Shown here: one piece after another, positions 50,926 to 60,914 of the stretch | Layout: each line of letters opens with the position of its first letter | How positions within the stretch are numbered: position 1 is the first letter of the stretch | DNA from: a virus | Virus record (IMG/VR): IMGVR_UViG_3300042987_002978 | Span: 1-64,000 of that record | Direction: 5' to 3' (one strand) | Length of the DNA stretch: 64,000 nucleotides | Notes under the pieces: model-generated | Told to the model about the DNA's origin: nothing | Databases searched by the model: none | What the model saw: only the letters and a program-made list of their open reading frames with translations | Made by a program: the position numbers and the translations under genes

Positions 50926-53900
50926 TTACTCGGTATCCGGCTCTTTCATGTGCAGCCACATCGCCGCGGCAATGGCAAGAACCGTCGATATTCCGGCAAT
51001 TTTCTGAATAGGCCCGGACAAAGTTAAATAAACGACAAGTGAGCCCGCAATCGTGAAGCCCATGTTCATGAGCCCGTACGAGAACTTCTTGAAGAATGCT
51101 TTCCAGTCCATCACTTTCACCCCATTTACGTACTTAAAGATGCTGATGTTCTTTATCCAATCTAAACCATCGCCGGCAATCTCGCCTTGAGGCTCTTCCT
51201 CGTCATCCTCTCGTCTAGCCGCAGTGTCCTGTCGCGTGCTCGGCGCACTTGGGCCAGACGATGAAGGTGAGCCACCCGACATTCCGCCAGTCGCTGTCAT
51301 TGAAACGGCAGCAGCAGACGTGAGCAGTCCCGCTGCGATGACCGTGCGGCGCTCTCCGACGCTGATGTTCTGGTTCAACATCTTGTATCCGTCAAATGCG
51401 CCTTGGAACAAGTCCACGACATCCTCAAAGACTTCACGGACATCAGAGGGTGCTTCCTGGACCGCGTCCACGATTTGCTCGGCAACTTCTTCTGTAAGTT
51501 GCTCTGCCTCGACGCTCTCAAATACCTGTGCGGCCTGTTCCGTACTGACCGACTCAAGAACGGCAGGATTGGAGGCAAGAGTTGCTGCTACTTCTTGACT
51601 GACCCCAGCCTCGATTACAGCGGCCACCACGGCCACGATTTGTTCTTTCTGCTCTTCTGTCAAGGACTTGGGGTCTTCCACTTTGGTGATTGCCTCGATT
51701 ACCTCGGCCACCACCTCAGCAACCCTGTCTTCGGGGACGGAATCAATCAGGTCAGCCACGACTTCTGCCGTCTCTTCGGGGGAGGCGTCCTCCAGTTCGG
51801 AAACTGCCTCTTCTACGGCTTCAGAAACCTCAGACTCTGGCTCTGGTACCGTTGTTTCTGGTGAGACAGGTTCTGGGTCTTCTTGCTCTTGGGGCAACAC
51901 TGTTGTTTCAGTTGGCTGTTCTTCTTGCTCTGGCTCTACGGGGTCCTCTGGAAGAGTCGTATCTGGAGAAACATCAGCAGGGGTAGACGGTGTTGTTGTT
52001 TCGGGCTCTTCGACAGGCTCTGGTGTCGTGGTGGTCGTTGAATCGGTCTCTTCGGGAATGGTCGTCTCAACAGGCTCAGGCTGAGTGGTCGTCGTCGTCT
52101 CAGGCTCAGGCTCAGGCTCGGTCGTTGTTGTCGGAGGAACAGTCGTTATCGGGGGAGGCGCTTCCGTCGTCGTTGGAGCGGGGGCTTGGGTCGTAGTCGT
52201 CTGAGGAGCAGGGGCGACAGTCGTCGTAGTAGTGCTGGTCGTGGTAGTAGTCGTGGTACTGGTCGTCGTGGTCGTGGTGGTCGTCGAAGTAGTGGGGTCA
52301 ACCACCGTCACGTCGACAGTCGAGTACGGCCCGTATGTGCATGAGCCTTGGCCTTCGCCAACACATGCAGCGCTTCCGGCGCGAACCTTGAATCTGACAG
52401 GTCCGTATCCGGTGGTTCCCGGAAATTGATACGAACCGACCACATAGGCGGTATTCGTGGCGTATGTCCACACACCCCAGCCGCCAGACTCGACATTATT
52501 GTTCAAGTCGAACCAACTGACGTCGTACATGTGCGGTGAAAGATTGCCTGAGGCTGGGGCATCCCAATCAAGAGAAACGCTTCCGTCTTGGTTGGCCGAA
52601 CCTGTCAAGTTTTGAACTTGATTAAAATACGGGACAACCGTAGTCGTAGTTGTAGTCGTAGTGGTCGTAGTGGTTGTTGTGGTTGTTGTAAAAGTTGGAT
52701 TCGGGTCGACAACGCTCGCCACCGCAGTTGAATTGCTGTAGCGGAGCATGTCAACAAAGTAAATGTCTCCTTCTGCCGGAAGGGAGAATGACGAAATAAT
52801 CTTGCCGTTTCCGTTGAAGTAAATCTCTTTGTAATAGCCAGGTGCTTGGCAGGTCGAGCATCCTGCTGTCAATACCGAGTTTCCAATGGTAAATGTTGTG
52901 GTTGTTCCGTCTGAATATGTCACAGTTCCAGTTGCATCACCGTTCTTCGCCCCGACACGGAAGTAAAAACTTCTTGGAGTTGCCGATGATGGAAGTGTGA
53001 ACAGCGCTGACTGCGACGGGTTGCCGGCATACACGGCAACACCGGTCGTGCCGTAACCGTTGTTCATGTTTGCGTAATACCAACCTGATTGATTGCTTGA
53101 CGTGAGCGCACTTCCATTCACTGAAACCGTCACTCCAGTTGTCGGTCCTGGACCCTCAAAATCCTCCGTTGTTTCCGTTCCGGTGCCAGGAGAGGGAACA
53201 GTCGTGCTCGTAGTGGTCGTTGTCGTTGGCGCAGGCGCAGTCACGGTGATGTTCATTGATTCGCTTACCACGATGCTTGACGGCATGTTGTATTCAGCGA
53301 CATAACCTCCGACGCTTGACCAGGAATCGGGAAGGTCGTTCCAGCAGTTGCCGCCACTCCATTTGGTGACAGCGGCATCCTCGTTGCCTGAGTTGTTGGG
53401 CTCGCCACCGCACCACTTGGCGTAGTTCCCGCCTTGTGCAGACCCGTTGCTAACGCCGCGCCAGACAAGCGTTCCTTGTTCAGGAGAGCCGTCGTATGGG
53501 TCAAGAACCCAGTCACCTTCGACTGCCCTGTCGGAAAGGGCTATCCAGATGTTGTACGCACCTTGGATTTTGCTGAGGACGAACTCGTGTTCCGCGTCGG
53601 ATGTGATGGTCACCAAATAGCCATTTACTCCGCTGATTGTTCTTGTCCGCGCCGCTGTCCTTGCATTCAAGTAACTGATGTTCCCTTGGACAAATTCATA
53701 CAAATGGCCGTTAAAAAATGCAGTGTTGTTGACTTTCTCAGATACCTCAATAGTCAATGTTGCGGAACCAGCCGTCGCGCCAGAATCCAGAGTCATCGCA
53801 TCAAGCGCCGTATTGATGTTCGTTTGATTGCCAGTGAAATTGATTTGCGAAGTGTTGGTCCAAGACGTGTACCCAGACTCAAGCGTCAATCCAGTCGTCG

Positions 53901-54159
53901 TCGGCAAGTTGACCTTCGCAGCAGTTGAGCCAGAAACAGTGATGCTCACCAAAAGATTGGCGGATTCACTAAAGCCAGAAACTTGAAAATCATCACTGAG
54001 GGCAAGCCCGTTTTGGCCGCTGACAGTTGTTATGTCAGAAGGTGCCGCAACGGACTCTCCCGCAGCGTTCGCTGTTTTCAGAGGTGTGCCAAAACTGAAA
54101 AGCATGCACATGAAACACGTCAACCAAATCAGTGCTTCGAACGGTCTGCGCCTCAACAT
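50926..54159 (-). CDS. exported membrane-anchored protein: C-type lectin, FN3-like domains, Thr/Pro/Glu mucin-like stalk, C-terminal TM
   Basis: signal peptide; GHLYEF...YLVTITS...WCGGEPNN...WNDL; poly-Thr; C-terminal hydrophobic helices. Confidence 0.8.
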   Translation of the reverse strand: MLRRRPFEALIWLTCFMCMLFSFGTPLKTANAAGESVAAPSDITTVSGQNGLALSDDFQVSGFSESANLLVSITVSGSTAAKVNLPTTTGLTLESGYTSWTNTSQINFTGNQTNINTALDAMTLDSGATAGSATLTIEVSEKVNNTAFFNGHLYEFVQGNISYLNARTAARTRTISGVNGYLVTITSDAEHEFVLSKIQGAYNIWIALSDRAVEGDWVLDPYDGSPEQGTLVWRGVSNGSAQGGNYAKWCGGEPNNSGNEDAAVTKWSGGNCWNDLPDSWSSVGGYVAEYNMPSSIVVSESMNITVTAPAPTTTTTTSTTVPSPGTGTETTEDFEGPGPTTGVTVSVNGSALTSSNQSGWYYANMNNGYGTTGVAVYAGNPSQSALFTLPSSATPRSFYFRVGAKNGDATGTVTYSDGTTTTFTIGNSVLTAGCSTCQAPGYYKEIYFNGNGKIISSFSLPAEGDIYFVDMLRYSNSTAVASVVDPNPTFTTTTTTTTTTTTTTTTTVVPYFNQVQNLTGSANQDGSVSLDWDAPASGNLSPHMYDVSWFDLNNNVESGGWGVWTYATNTAYVVGSYQFPGTTGYGPVRFKVRAGSAACVGEGQGSCTYGPYSTVDVTVVDPTTSTTTTTTTTSTTTTTTTSTTTTTVAPAPQTTTTQAPAPTTTEAPPPITTVPPTTTTEPEPEPETTTTTQPEPVETTIPEETDSTTTTTPEPVEEPETTTPSTPADVSPDTTLPEDPVEPEQEEQPTETTVLPQEQEDPEPVSPETTVPEPESEVSEAVEEAVSELEDASPEETAEVVADLIDSVPEDRVAEVVAEVIEAITKVEDPKSLTEEQKEQIVAVVAAVIEAGVSQEVAATLASNPAVLESVSTEQAAQVFESVEAEQLTEEVAEQIVDAVQEAPSDVREVFEDVVDLFQGAFDGYKMLNQNISVGERRTVIAAGLLTSAAAVSMTATGGMSGGSPSSSGPSAPSTRQDTAARREDDEEEPQGEIAGDGLDWIKNISIFKYVNGVKVMDWKAFFKKFSYGLMNMGFTIAGSLVVYLTLSGPIQKIAGISTVLAIAAAMWLHMKEPDTE

Positions 54160-54207
54160 AGCAGGAAGAATAAATCTTCCGGCTAGATAGTGTTTATAAT
54201 TGCGCGA

Positions 54208-55320
54208 TTATAGTTTCGCTATCTTGTTAAAGACTTCTATCCACTGCGACGCTGTTTGTTTGATGGAAAACTGTTTGGACACTATCGTTCTTGCTCTTCT
54301 TGACTCTTCTTCTCGTTTAGCAAGATTCAGGAACGAATCAAGGTGATTTTCCCATTCTTGTTGTGATGAGGCGACTCGGCCCACCCCAGCATTGGCAAGG
54401 TACTCGTACTCCGGAAGATTTGATGCGACAAAAGGAATTCCTGCCGCCGCATACTCAAGACCTTTTATGAATGACTTGGCTCGATTGAACGGTATGTCGT
54501 TTAGCGGGACGATTCCGATATCAAAATTTGCGTAGACATTGGGCAAGTCGTAGAGCGGCACCATGGGACTGACGGAGCACAAATCGGGGTTTATCTTGAG
54601 CCTCAGATAGGCAGGACCAGCCCAAGGGATGTGTCCTGCATGGTGGAAACGGGCATCGCGACTGGTCAGATATTCGTTGAAGAACGGCGATATCTGCTCA
54701 AGGTCCATGGACCGCCACGGCGTGGCACCGAGCCACCCAATTATCGGCTTGCGCTTCACCGTCCTGAATCGAGTCCATCTTTCTATGTCAATGGCGTTGC
54801 GGACCATGAATATGGGCTTCTTGGGGTATTTCTTTTTGTAGTACTGCTCTATGAATGGCGTAGAGCAGATTAGGGCGTCGGCGTTCTTGATTATCTCCGC
54901 GTAAATCTCCCTGTTGCTTTCTTTGGATTTTGCAGGGTCGGTCGACCTATAGGCGTGGTTTGTTTCGTGCAGTTCTTCGTGAAGGTCGTCGATATCTACC
55001 ACGATTTTTTGACCGATGGCTTTTGCTTTCGGCATCGCCTCAAGGGTCTGTGCCGACATGATTACCTTGAGAACGATTATTCCGTGCCTGTGCGAAAACG
55101 TGTCGTTCAGCCGCTTGATGACGAACTTACCGTTTGGCTTTATGGACAAGAACCCGAAACTTGCGTGGATTCCGGCAAGATTCAACTGCTGTGCCGGAAG
55201 TATGCACCTGTACCACGTGCAGCCGTTCGGTACGTATTGGTCTTCGTCTCTTCCCCAATCGAGCGAAGCAAACCCGACGCTGAACGTAAGTCCTTCGTCT
55301 TTGAAAACGTGGCGATTCAT
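54208..55320 (-). CDS. glycosyltransferase (GT-B, GT4-like)
   Basis: WYRC..P, DIDD, DIGIVPL....FN.AKS.IKGLEYAAAGIP. Confidence 0.85.
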   Translation of the reverse strand: MNRHVFKDEGLTFSVGFASLDWGRDEDQYVPNGCTWYRCILPAQQLNLAGIHASFGFLSIKPNGKFVIKRLNDTFSHRHGIIVLKVIMSAQTLEAMPKAKAIGQKIVVDIDDLHEELHETNHAYRSTDPAKSKESNREIYAEIIKNADALICSTPFIEQYYKKKYPKKPIFMVRNAIDIERWTRFRTVKRKPIIGWLGATPWRSMDLEQISPFFNEYLTSRDARFHHAGHIPWAGPAYLRLKINPDLCSVSPMVPLYDLPNVYANFDIGIVPLNDIPFNRAKSFIKGLEYAAAGIPFVASNLPEYEYLANAGVGRVASSQQEWENHLDSFLNLAKREEESRRARTIVSKQFSIKQTASQWIEVFNKIAKL

Positions 55321-56423
55321 GTTATGTCCATGATGCTGGTGTACACGTGTTCCCATTGCGATGCGAAAGAATCGATTGAGAAGTGCTCGGTTATTATTTC
55401 TTTGTTCAACTCCGACTCGTCGACGCGCATGTTGTAATCCATCAGTTCGTTGAAATGCGCAATCCACTCTTCGTCCGTTTTCGCTATTCTTCCCACTCCG
55501 GCGTCCGCCAGGTATTGATATTCTGGAGTATGGGACGCGACGAACGGGATTCCTGCGGCGGCATATTCAAGGCCTTTCAAATATGACTTTGCGTGGTTGA
55601 ATTCGACGTTGTTCAAAGGGACTATGCCGATATCGATGTTCTTGTAGAGTTCCGGAAGTTGCGTCATAGGAAGCATCGGCGTGGTGCTTACTTGCTTGTC
55701 GTCGATTCCAAGAAGCGAGGCGGCGCTGTCCGCCGCGGCTATGTGGCCGGAGTGGTGAAAAGTCGTGTTCTGCGATATCAGGTATTCCTTGAAGAAGGAC
55801 GACAACTGCTCTAAGTCTCTTGAACGCCACGGAGTCGCGCCAACCCAACCGATTACAGGTACGGAACGTCTGGTGTTGCGCTTGGGCCACCGACCGATGT
55901 CGATGGAGTTTCTCACCATGAACACAGGCTTTGTAGGGTGCTTTTTTGAATAAAAGTCGTACAGGAACGGCGTCGAGCAAATCAGGGCATCGGCCATTTC
56001 AATGACTTGAAAATAGATATCGCGATTGTTGTCCTTGTGAAGTTCCGGGTCGGTCTGCTGACGAGCCCTGTTCGTCTCGGGAAGATTGTCGAACCAGTCG
56101 TCTATATCAACGACCACACGGACCTTGTTCGCTTTTGCTATTTGTACCGCTATGAGGTTTGCGGCGTGCATCGGCAGTTTGAACACCAGCATTTTGTGAC
56201 CCGAATAGATACCTTCCGTCTTGTACAGAGGTGCACGTACGCGAACGCCCACCTTGCCGTCGGCGACCGATATGGTTCCGATTTGGCAGGCATGATTACG
56301 TCGAATCATTGCCATTGCCGGAAGAATGCAGCGATACCAAGTGCAGCCGTTGGGAAAAGACAGATTCTGGACTTGAGACCAGTCCTGAGAGATGAACCCG
56401 ATGCTGAGCGGCGTGGTTGGCAC
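55317..56423 (-). CDS. glycosyltransferase (tandem paralogue)
   Basis: same motifs as 54208-55320. Confidence 0.85.
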   Translation of the reverse strand: MPTTPLSIGFISQDWSQVQNLSFPNGCTWYRCILPAMAMIRRNHACQIGTISVADGKVGVRVRAPLYKTEGIYSGHKMLVFKLPMHAANLIAVQIAKANKVRVVVDIDDWFDNLPETNRARQQTDPELHKDNNRDIYFQVIEMADALICSTPFLYDFYSKKHPTKPVFMVRNSIDIGRWPKRNTRRSVPVIGWVGATPWRSRDLEQLSSFFKEYLISQNTTFHHSGHIAAADSAASLLGIDDKQVSTTPMLPMTQLPELYKNIDIGIVPLNNVEFNHAKSYLKGLEYAAAGIPFVASHTPEYQYLADAGVGRIAKTDEEWIAHFNELMDYNMRVDESELNKEIITEHFSIDSFASQWEHVYTSIMDIT

Positions 56424-56472
56424 GCCTATACGTTAGCGAAAATACTTGCTCAGCACCCGCAGATTATGTGTT

Positions 56473-57060
56473 TTATAGGGGCACCCAGTGGTCAAGCGAA
56501 TTCAAAGATTTTTGTATGCTGCCGTATGAATGTATGTCAAACGCAATCGTTATTCGTGGTTCATCTTTTAGGGGCTTGGATGTTTTGTGGAAATTATCGT
56601 TTGACTTTGCAAACACCAGCAACCCGTCCTTTGAGTCAACTTTTATGCGTTGACCATCATCGAACTTGTACTGAGTATTTCCTGCACTTGACTTGACACA
56701 AAAAAATCCGTGGTACGAATGCTTGCTGCCATAGTGTCTGTGCCAATCAAGTTTTTGTTTGTCTCTGTAAACATTCACCCAGCCTTGAATGTAGTATTTT
56801 TTGGACACATCAATGTCTGCCGAATAAAAGGTATCTCTTATCGCACAGTAGAGAGAATTAAGTTCTACGGACGGATAGCAAAAAACGTTGTAAAAGTCTG
56901 CCACCCGCGTGCCGAACGGGGTGTCTTCATCAATTTTGTAGTTTTGTGGTTTGTCTGAAAGCGTGCTGGCAACCAACTCTTCTATCTCCAGACATTGTTC
57001 AGAAAGTTCTCGCAGGTCAATTTCTTCCAGCAGAACAGAAACTATTTTTCTTCTTGCCAT
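56473..57060 (-). CDS. putative 2OG-Fe(II) oxygenase
   Basis: GWVNVY...WHRH...H.T...RITIAFD. Confidence 0.7.
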   Translation of the reverse strand: MARRKIVSVLLEEIDLRELSEQCLEIEELVASTLSDKPQNYKIDEDTPFGTRVADFYNVFCYPSVELNSLYCAIRDTFYSADIDVSKKYYIQGWVNVYRDKQKLDWHRHYGSKHSYHGFFCVKSSAGNTQYKFDDGQRIKVDSKDGLLVFAKSNDNFHKTSKPLKDEPRITIAFDIHSYGSIQKSLNSLDHWVPL

Positions 57061-57070
57061 ATGCTCAGTC

Positions 57071-57592
57071 TCAGAAATAGTTAAAGTTGATAACAATTCT
57101 GTATTTCGTGTTCGTGTGCGTTGTCCCAGCGTGGCTCATTGTTGCCGGGAATACAACGACTCTATTGGCAACACTTTCTACTTTTGTGCCATCCTCGAAC
57201 AATGTATATCCGTCATTCGTGTTTAAGTAGTAAATGGCAGTCTTCATTGCTGACATGACCTCAGGTTTTCGCAGCATCGTAGGATAAGCAATGTCCGTGT
57301 GCATGTCTGATACTTCTATGGTCGGTGTTGATGGTCTGAAATTTGCTTTTGCCCTGACAAGTACGTCCGACTTCAAATTGCGCAGAAGTGGGGCCAGCAC
57401 AGAGTAGTAGGGGCTCGTCTGACTGTTGTCCCTGTAGAAAATGTGGGTGAATTGAAAATCGTTCAGCGAGCGACTGGGTTTGTCTTTGTAGACTACGCTG
57501 TTGTTGTAATGCCAATTAAATTTCACGTCGGTCAGCGTCGTAAATATAGCCGAGTGTTCTTCCTTTTTGAGGAATTCGTCAATGATTTCCAC
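57071..57592 (-). CDS. 2OG-Fe(II) oxygenase
   Basis: HTD...IYYLN.NDGYT.F...VESVANR..FP....H.G....RIVINFN. Confidence 0.8.
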   Translation of the reverse strand: MEIIDEFLKKEEHSAIFTTLTDVKFNWHYNNSVVYKDKPSRSLNDFQFTHIFYRDNSQTSPYYSVLAPLLRNLKSDVLVRAKANFRPSTPTIEVSDMHTDIAYPTMLRKPEVMSAMKTAIYYLNTNDGYTLFEDGTKVESVANRVVVFPATMSHAGTTHTNTKYRIVINFNYF

Positions 57593-57627
57593 GCTGCCAA
57601 GTATAGTAGAATGATACGGAGAAAAAT

Positions 57628-58302
57628 ATGTTGATTCAGCCGTACGCAATCTACGACAATTTCTTGGATGACCCAAGCGCAGTAATCAGGTCTCTTCGCT
57701 CGCAAAGGTATTACGTGCAGGGACTACCGGATACGGGACAAGTGTCGAACAATGACATACCTCTGGAAATCAACTACGGAGACGAAAGCGTCACCGGAGA
57801 CCCGAGGTTTGGTTCGCCCTACTGGAAGGGCTACAGGACCAGGGACCTGCAAGAAATAGACATGGACAGTTACAACATAATCATGAGCAAGTTGCTTGAG
57901 CACATATTCGGCTCGTTCACATTGGCACAGATTGAGTTTGACGCCGAAACACATTTCCACCTCATGACCAAAGACTTTGTTTTTACTGATACGTGGTTCC
58001 ACTCCGACGCCAGCAAATTCATTGCCGGCGTTTTGTACCTGGCAGAAGACCCTGGTCCGAACAGTGGGACGGCGCTGATGATAAACGGTGAAAAAGTCTC
58101 AATAGAAAACAAGTTCAACAGGTTGATTGTCTATAACGCTGGCTTGACGCACAGCGCAGAAGGCTGTTTCGGGGACTCGCTTGAGAACTGCAGGGCTACG
58201 TTTGTATTTTTTATCCGGAATATCTTGCTGTTCAACGACATATTGGAACAGCAGGAACCGACATCAATGGGCAATCAGCACAATTACATAGGCGGATACT
58301 GA
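57628..58302 (+). CDS. 2OG-Fe(II) oxygenase (DUF6445-like)
   Basis: DNFLDDP, WKGYRT, HSD...AGVLYL...SGT...NKFNRLIVY....HS. Confidence 0.75.
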   Translation: MLIQPYAIYDNFLDDPSAVIRSLRSQRYYVQGLPDTGQVSNNDIPLEINYGDESVTGDPRFGSPYWKGYRTRDLQEIDMDSYNIIMSKLLEHIFGSFTLAQIEFDAETHFHLMTKDFVFTDTWFHSDASKFIAGVLYLAEDPGPNSGTALMINGEKVSIENKFNRLIVYNAGLTHSAEGCFGDSLENCRATFVFFIRNILLFNDILEQQEPTSMGNQHNYIGGY

Positions 58303-58309
58303 CAGGCCA

Positions 58310-60016
58310 ATGAGAATCGTAGGAATAAGTACCGCGCACGATAGTTCTGTTGCCTCATATTGCGACGGCGAAATTGAGTTCTTCATGAAAGAAGAGCGGA
58401 TTACCAAGCGCAAGAGGGACAAGAACCCATTCGCAGCCATGGTGGAAACGGCCAAATTCTTGGGCAACAAGAAAATCGACGCAGTCGCGGTATCTGCACC
58501 GCACAACACTGATGTCGACAGTTACTTGTTCGCGATAATCGATGCCGCGACAAAGATTTTCAAGACAAACAACATATACAAACTCTTCAACAGCCATCAC
58601 TTGTGCCATGCTTCGTTGGCTTTTTACAACAGTGGATTTGACAATGCTGTCGTGGTAATCGTGGACAGAAACGGCTCGAACAATCCGAATTCAAATATGC
58701 TGCTTTTCGAGTCCGAAACGGTTTTCACCGCGGAATACCCAAGTTCATTCAAGGAAATAAAGAAGAACTACTGGCTTGCGCAGCGCGGGCAAAGTTCTGA
58801 TGCGTTCCTGTTGGAACTCGTTCCCAGAGAGAAAACAAAGAGACCAGGATGTGAAATATCGTACGAGAGTTTGTACGGCATCACCAAGGTCTACGAAACT
58901 GCGACCATTCTCATAGGCGAAGGAATTCTGGAAAACGGCAAGACGATGGGACTTGCTGCATACGGGAACGAAAACCAAGATTTTCCCAATCTGTTTCTTG
59001 ACAACGGCTGTCCCAACGACTCCCTGTTCTCCTATGCGATGAGCAGTCGTGACAATACGCTTGCTGCGATATATAAAGAATACGCAGGCAAGATGACCAA
59101 AACGGTCGACAAAAACGACTATCAGTTTTATGCGGACTATGCGTATCAAGTTCAAAAGCAAACACAAGAACAGGTGGCAAAACTCATTGAGACGGCGGTA
59201 CAGCGAACAGGCATAAAGAACGTTTGCGTCTCTGGTGGTTACGGTTTGAACGTTGTTGCCAACGGCTACTACATATCGAAGTTCCCAGACGTCAATTTCT
59301 TCTTTGAGCCGCTCGCCGATGACACCGGGAACAGCATTGGCGCGGCAATGCTTGTTTATAGAGAATTGTCAAAAGACAAAACCATACGACCGTTGAAGTC
59401 GACTTTCTTCAACGGCCACGAGCCGCATATTTCAGCAGAAGAATTTGACAGGCACCCGATTTCATATGGCAAGGCAACCGTCAACGATGTTGCAAGATTG
59501 TTGGCGGACAACGCAAAACTTGCCATGTTTGCCGGCAAGGCGGAGGGCGGTCCGAGAGCGCTCGGGAACAGGTCGATTTTGTTTTACCCAAATCTTGCCG
59601 ACTCAAAAGACATCGTAAATCGAATTAAGAAACGAGAGTGGTACAGGCCGTTTGCGGCATGTGTCTTGAAAGAAGATGCCTGGGAATACTTTGACATGAT
59701 GTCGCTGACCGAAAGCCCGTACATGACCGTTTCTTTCGACTGCCGCGCCATGACAAAAGAATTGTTTCCGGGGATTGTCCATGTTGACAATTCGTGCAGA
59801 GTGCAGACGGTAGGCGAGGAGAACAAGAACCTACATTCCTTGTTGACGGCAATAAAAGAACTGACTGGTCACGGGTTGTTGTTGAATACAAGTTTCAATT
59901 TGGCCGGCAGCCCGCTGGTTGAAACTATTGACGATGCGATAAAGGTCATGATGGAATCAGAACTTGAATACATCTGGATTCCAGAACACCAGACGCTGCT
60001 AGGCAAGCAGCGATAG
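58310..60016 (+). CDS. carbamoyltransferase (NodU/CmcH family)
   Basis: HDSS, EERITKRK, HHLCHA, GKTMGLAAYG, GPRALGNRS, KREWYRPFA, LLNTSFN. Confidence 0.92.
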   Translation: MRIVGISTAHDSSVASYCDGEIEFFMKEERITKRKRDKNPFAAMVETAKFLGNKKIDAVAVSAPHNTDVDSYLFAIIDAATKIFKTNNIYKLFNSHHLCHASLAFYNSGFDNAVVVIVDRNGSNNPNSNMLLFESETVFTAEYPSSFKEIKKNYWLAQRGQSSDAFLLELVPREKTKRPGCEISYESLYGITKVYETATILIGEGILENGKTMGLAAYGNENQDFPNLFLDNGCPNDSLFSYAMSSRDNTLAAIYKEYAGKMTKTVDKNDYQFYADYAYQVQKQTQEQVAKLIETAVQRTGIKNVCVSGGYGLNVVANGYYISKFPDVNFFFEPLADDTGNSIGAAMLVYRELSKDKTIRPLKSTFFNGHEPHISAEEFDRHPISYGKATVNDVARLLADNAKLAMFAGKAEGGPRALGNRSILFYPNLADSKDIVNRIKKREWYRPFAACVLKEDAWEYFDMMSLTESPYMTVSFDCRAMTKELFPGIVHVDNSCRVQTVGEENKNLHSLLTAIKELTGHGLLLNTSFNLAGSPLVETIDDAIKVMMESELEYIWIPEHQTLLGKQR

Positions 60017-60025
60017 CCGCAAAGG

Positions 60026-60367
60026 CTATTGATTGTTGGCCGTAAAATCTCCGGTCGTTTCGTCGTAAGTCCAATTTGGCTGGACGACGTTTTTCTGGGT
60101 CGCCTGCATGTGAACGACCTTCGGGTTGGCAGCAAGGGCAGCGGCGAGTTCTGCCGCGAGTTCTTTGTGCGCAACATGGACAGCACCGACAACCCCGTCG
60201 ACGACAAGGGCAAAAAATTCATAGTCTTCTGGGTGCTCGGCAGAAGTACGCACGGCAGGAACCTCGGAATCCACGGCATCCTGGTGATAACGAATCAACT
60301 CTTCAAGAGTCAAATTCTCGATTATCGCTCGCAGTTCTTGTTCTGTGCTCGAATCTAATGCTGCCAT
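60026..60367 (-). CDS. hypothetical fibre-accessory protein (paralogue of 35049-35453)
   Basis: FALVVDGVV...ELAAALAANP...NWTYD...F. Confidence 0.65.
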   Translation of the reverse strand: MAALDSSTEQELRAIIENLTLEELIRYHQDAVDSEVPAVRTSAEHPEDYEFFALVVDGVVGAVHVAHKELAAELAAALAANPKVVHMQATQKNVVQPNWTYDETTGDFTANNQ

Positions 60368-60389
60368 GTTGACCCCTTAATAAGGTACA

Positions 60390-60554
60390 TCACCATTTGC
60401 CGATTGGACATGAGGCCAATTTCAGGCGCGTTTTTACGCGCATGAAACACTTGCACTCTTTGCATTGGCCGGTCGGCTTGAAAAAGCGAGGACAGGCCTT
60501 GCATATGTCAAGCCGCTCTTCATGAAAAGGTCGAGATTGCGTTGACCCTGTCAT
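60390..60554 (-). CDS. small Cys-rich protein (DUF6171-like, 54 aa, not in ORF track)
   Basis: ERLDICKACPRFFKPTGQCKECKCFMRVKTRLKLASCPIGKW. Confidence 0.75.
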   Translation of the reverse strand: MTGSTQSRPFHEERLDICKACPRFFKPTGQCKECKCFMRVKTRLKLASCPIGKW

Positions 60555-60865
60555 TGTCCCTCTTCGGTGCCTTCAAGTGCATCAAGATATGCAGGCCATC
60601 TGTGGTTTTCAAAAATCCAAAGGCTTTGAGTCGCATTGATGTATGAATAAATTTTTGTCGGAGGGGGATTGATGCCAGAGTCAGCGGCATCTAAAAATGC
60701 CTCGACCGCAGACCTCAATTCGCTTTTTACGTGCTCTTCAAGTGCTTCAATGAGGCTTTCATCCTTCTCGCACAATTCAACAAGTGCGTCATCGTCAGAA
60801 AGAACGATGAACTCGCCATCGTGAATGATTACCGGACCGTTTGTTGTCGAACGAATTTCAAACAT
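60551..60865 (-). CDS. hypothetical acidic protein
   Basis: coupled ORF. Confidence 0.6.
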   Translation of the reverse strand: MFEIRSTTNGPVIIHDGEFIVLSDDDALVELCEKDESLIEALEEHVKSELRSAVEAFLDAADSGINPPPTKIYSYINATQSLWIFENHRWPAYLDALEGTEEGQ

Positions 60866-60914
60866 TTTTCCTGCCTTTAATAAGTTATTGCATTATACCA
60901 AAATGGATGGGTTT

